Shown: piece by piece, positions 25,503 through 26,129 of the stretch
Layout of the letters: each line of letters opens with the position of its first letter
Position numbering within the stretch: the stretch's first letter is position 1
Assembly (NCBI GenBank): GCA_964583985.1
Contig: CAZOYD010000048.1
Span: forward strand, 1 to 26,129
Length of the DNA: 26,129 nt
Source: an uncultured archaeon
Lineage (GTDB): Archaea > Asgardarchaeota > Lokiarchaeia > Sigyniarchaeales > SOKP01
Reading direction: 5' to 3'
Made by a program: the position numbers and the translations under genes
The notes under the pieces: model-generated
Seen by the model: the letters and a program-made list of their open reading frames with translations, nothing else
Told to the model about the DNA's origin: nothing
The model's database searches: none

Positions 25503-26057
25503 TTAAGGAACCCCCAACATTATGATTGTAATGTAAAAACATAGAACTGAAAAGAAATCACCGACTGCGGTCATTATCGGATTAACAACATTATTAGGAT
25601 CAAGGCCTCTCCTAAAGACTATTATATTAAGAGCTGTGGAAAAAGGCATTGTAATTGTAATTGTAAATAAAATCGAATAAACCGGTATTAAAAGTAAAAT
25701 TTCAGTAGTAATGATAAATACTTTTACAATAAAATAGTTTAATAGAATTCCAAAAAGACCCAGTAGAAATCCTATTACAAGTGAAAGTGCATATGTAGCT
25801 AAAACATTTTCAAACCAAGATTTGAAGTTAAATTCTCCAATTATAATGTCTCTAGAAGTGCGAGCAATAAATGGACCACTTAGATTTCCTCTCATTGAAA
25901 GTAATGCCGGTACTATTAGAATTAAAATGAGAAAACTTTTAAATGGTAAGATCAAGATGGTTAATATTATGCCTGCGAAAATATCTCCAATAATGGAGAT
26001 AATTTCTGAGGGAAAGACTTCTTTGGTAATTTTCCATTTTTCATCTTTCCAATCCAT
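25503..26057 (-). CDS. MgtE/SLC41-family divalent cation transporter, membrane half-domain
   Basis: Five TM helices. PALLSMRGN (PX6GN) and GLDPNNVVNPIMTAVGD. GAGGA SD 6 nt upstream of the ATG. Confidence 0.85.
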   Translation of the reverse strand: MDWKDEKWKITKEVFPSEIISIIGDIFAGIILTILILPFKSFLILILIVPALLSMRGNLSGPFIARTSRDIIIGEFNFKSWFENVLATYALSLVIGFLLGLFGILLNYFIVKVFIITTEILLLIPVYSILFTITITMPFSTALNIIVFRRGLDPNNVVNPIMTAVGDFFSVLCFYITIIMLGVP

Positions 26058-26129
26058 ATGCCATCCTCATCATTTTTTGAAGATTCAGAATTATTATTTT
26101 CAGACATCCTTCTAAAATTTAATAAAGAT

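Noticed and set aside
602-26115. Many short antisense or alternate-frame ORFs in the track (e.g. 602-811, 6832-7125, 14906-15217, 15377-15676, 17221-17529, 23878-24471, 25822-26115)
   Set aside because: They lie within or across well-supported genes and have no recognisable motifs; treated as shadow ORFs.

Overview
AT-rich (~30% GC by eye) archaeal chromosomal window. Two TFB-family genes, GGTGA/GGAG ribosome-binding sites and the gene content suggest Lokiarchaeia/Asgard; this is an inference. No rRNA, tRNA, CRISPR array or mobile element was seen. In order it carries: the 3' end of a COG1751 pyruvate-kinase alpha/beta-domain gene, a divergent kbl/tdh threonine-catabolism pair, a compact HDAC-family deacetylase, an orphan membrane protein, an unannotated 47-aa coiled-coil/tail-anchor microprotein, a minus-strand block (divergent TFB paralog > two P-type ATPases > RimL-type GNAT > DUF362 Fe-S protein), a second membrane protein, a canonical TFB, a nitroreductase, an AOR-family oxidoreductase, a third membrane protein, a GlcD/GlcF-like pair, endonuclease IV, and a minus-strand operon (two MgtE half-transporters > PhoU/TrkA-C tandem protein > PHI-like SIS protein > stand-alone SET domain). 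The best novelty candidate is the tandem pair of SERCA-like P-type ATPases. Both keep the catalytic motifs but share a remodelled transport site (TM4 PEGLP to PINIP/PINLP, like lipid flippases and H+ pumps; TM6 Asp to His), and they lie directly downstream of an atypical TFB paralog.
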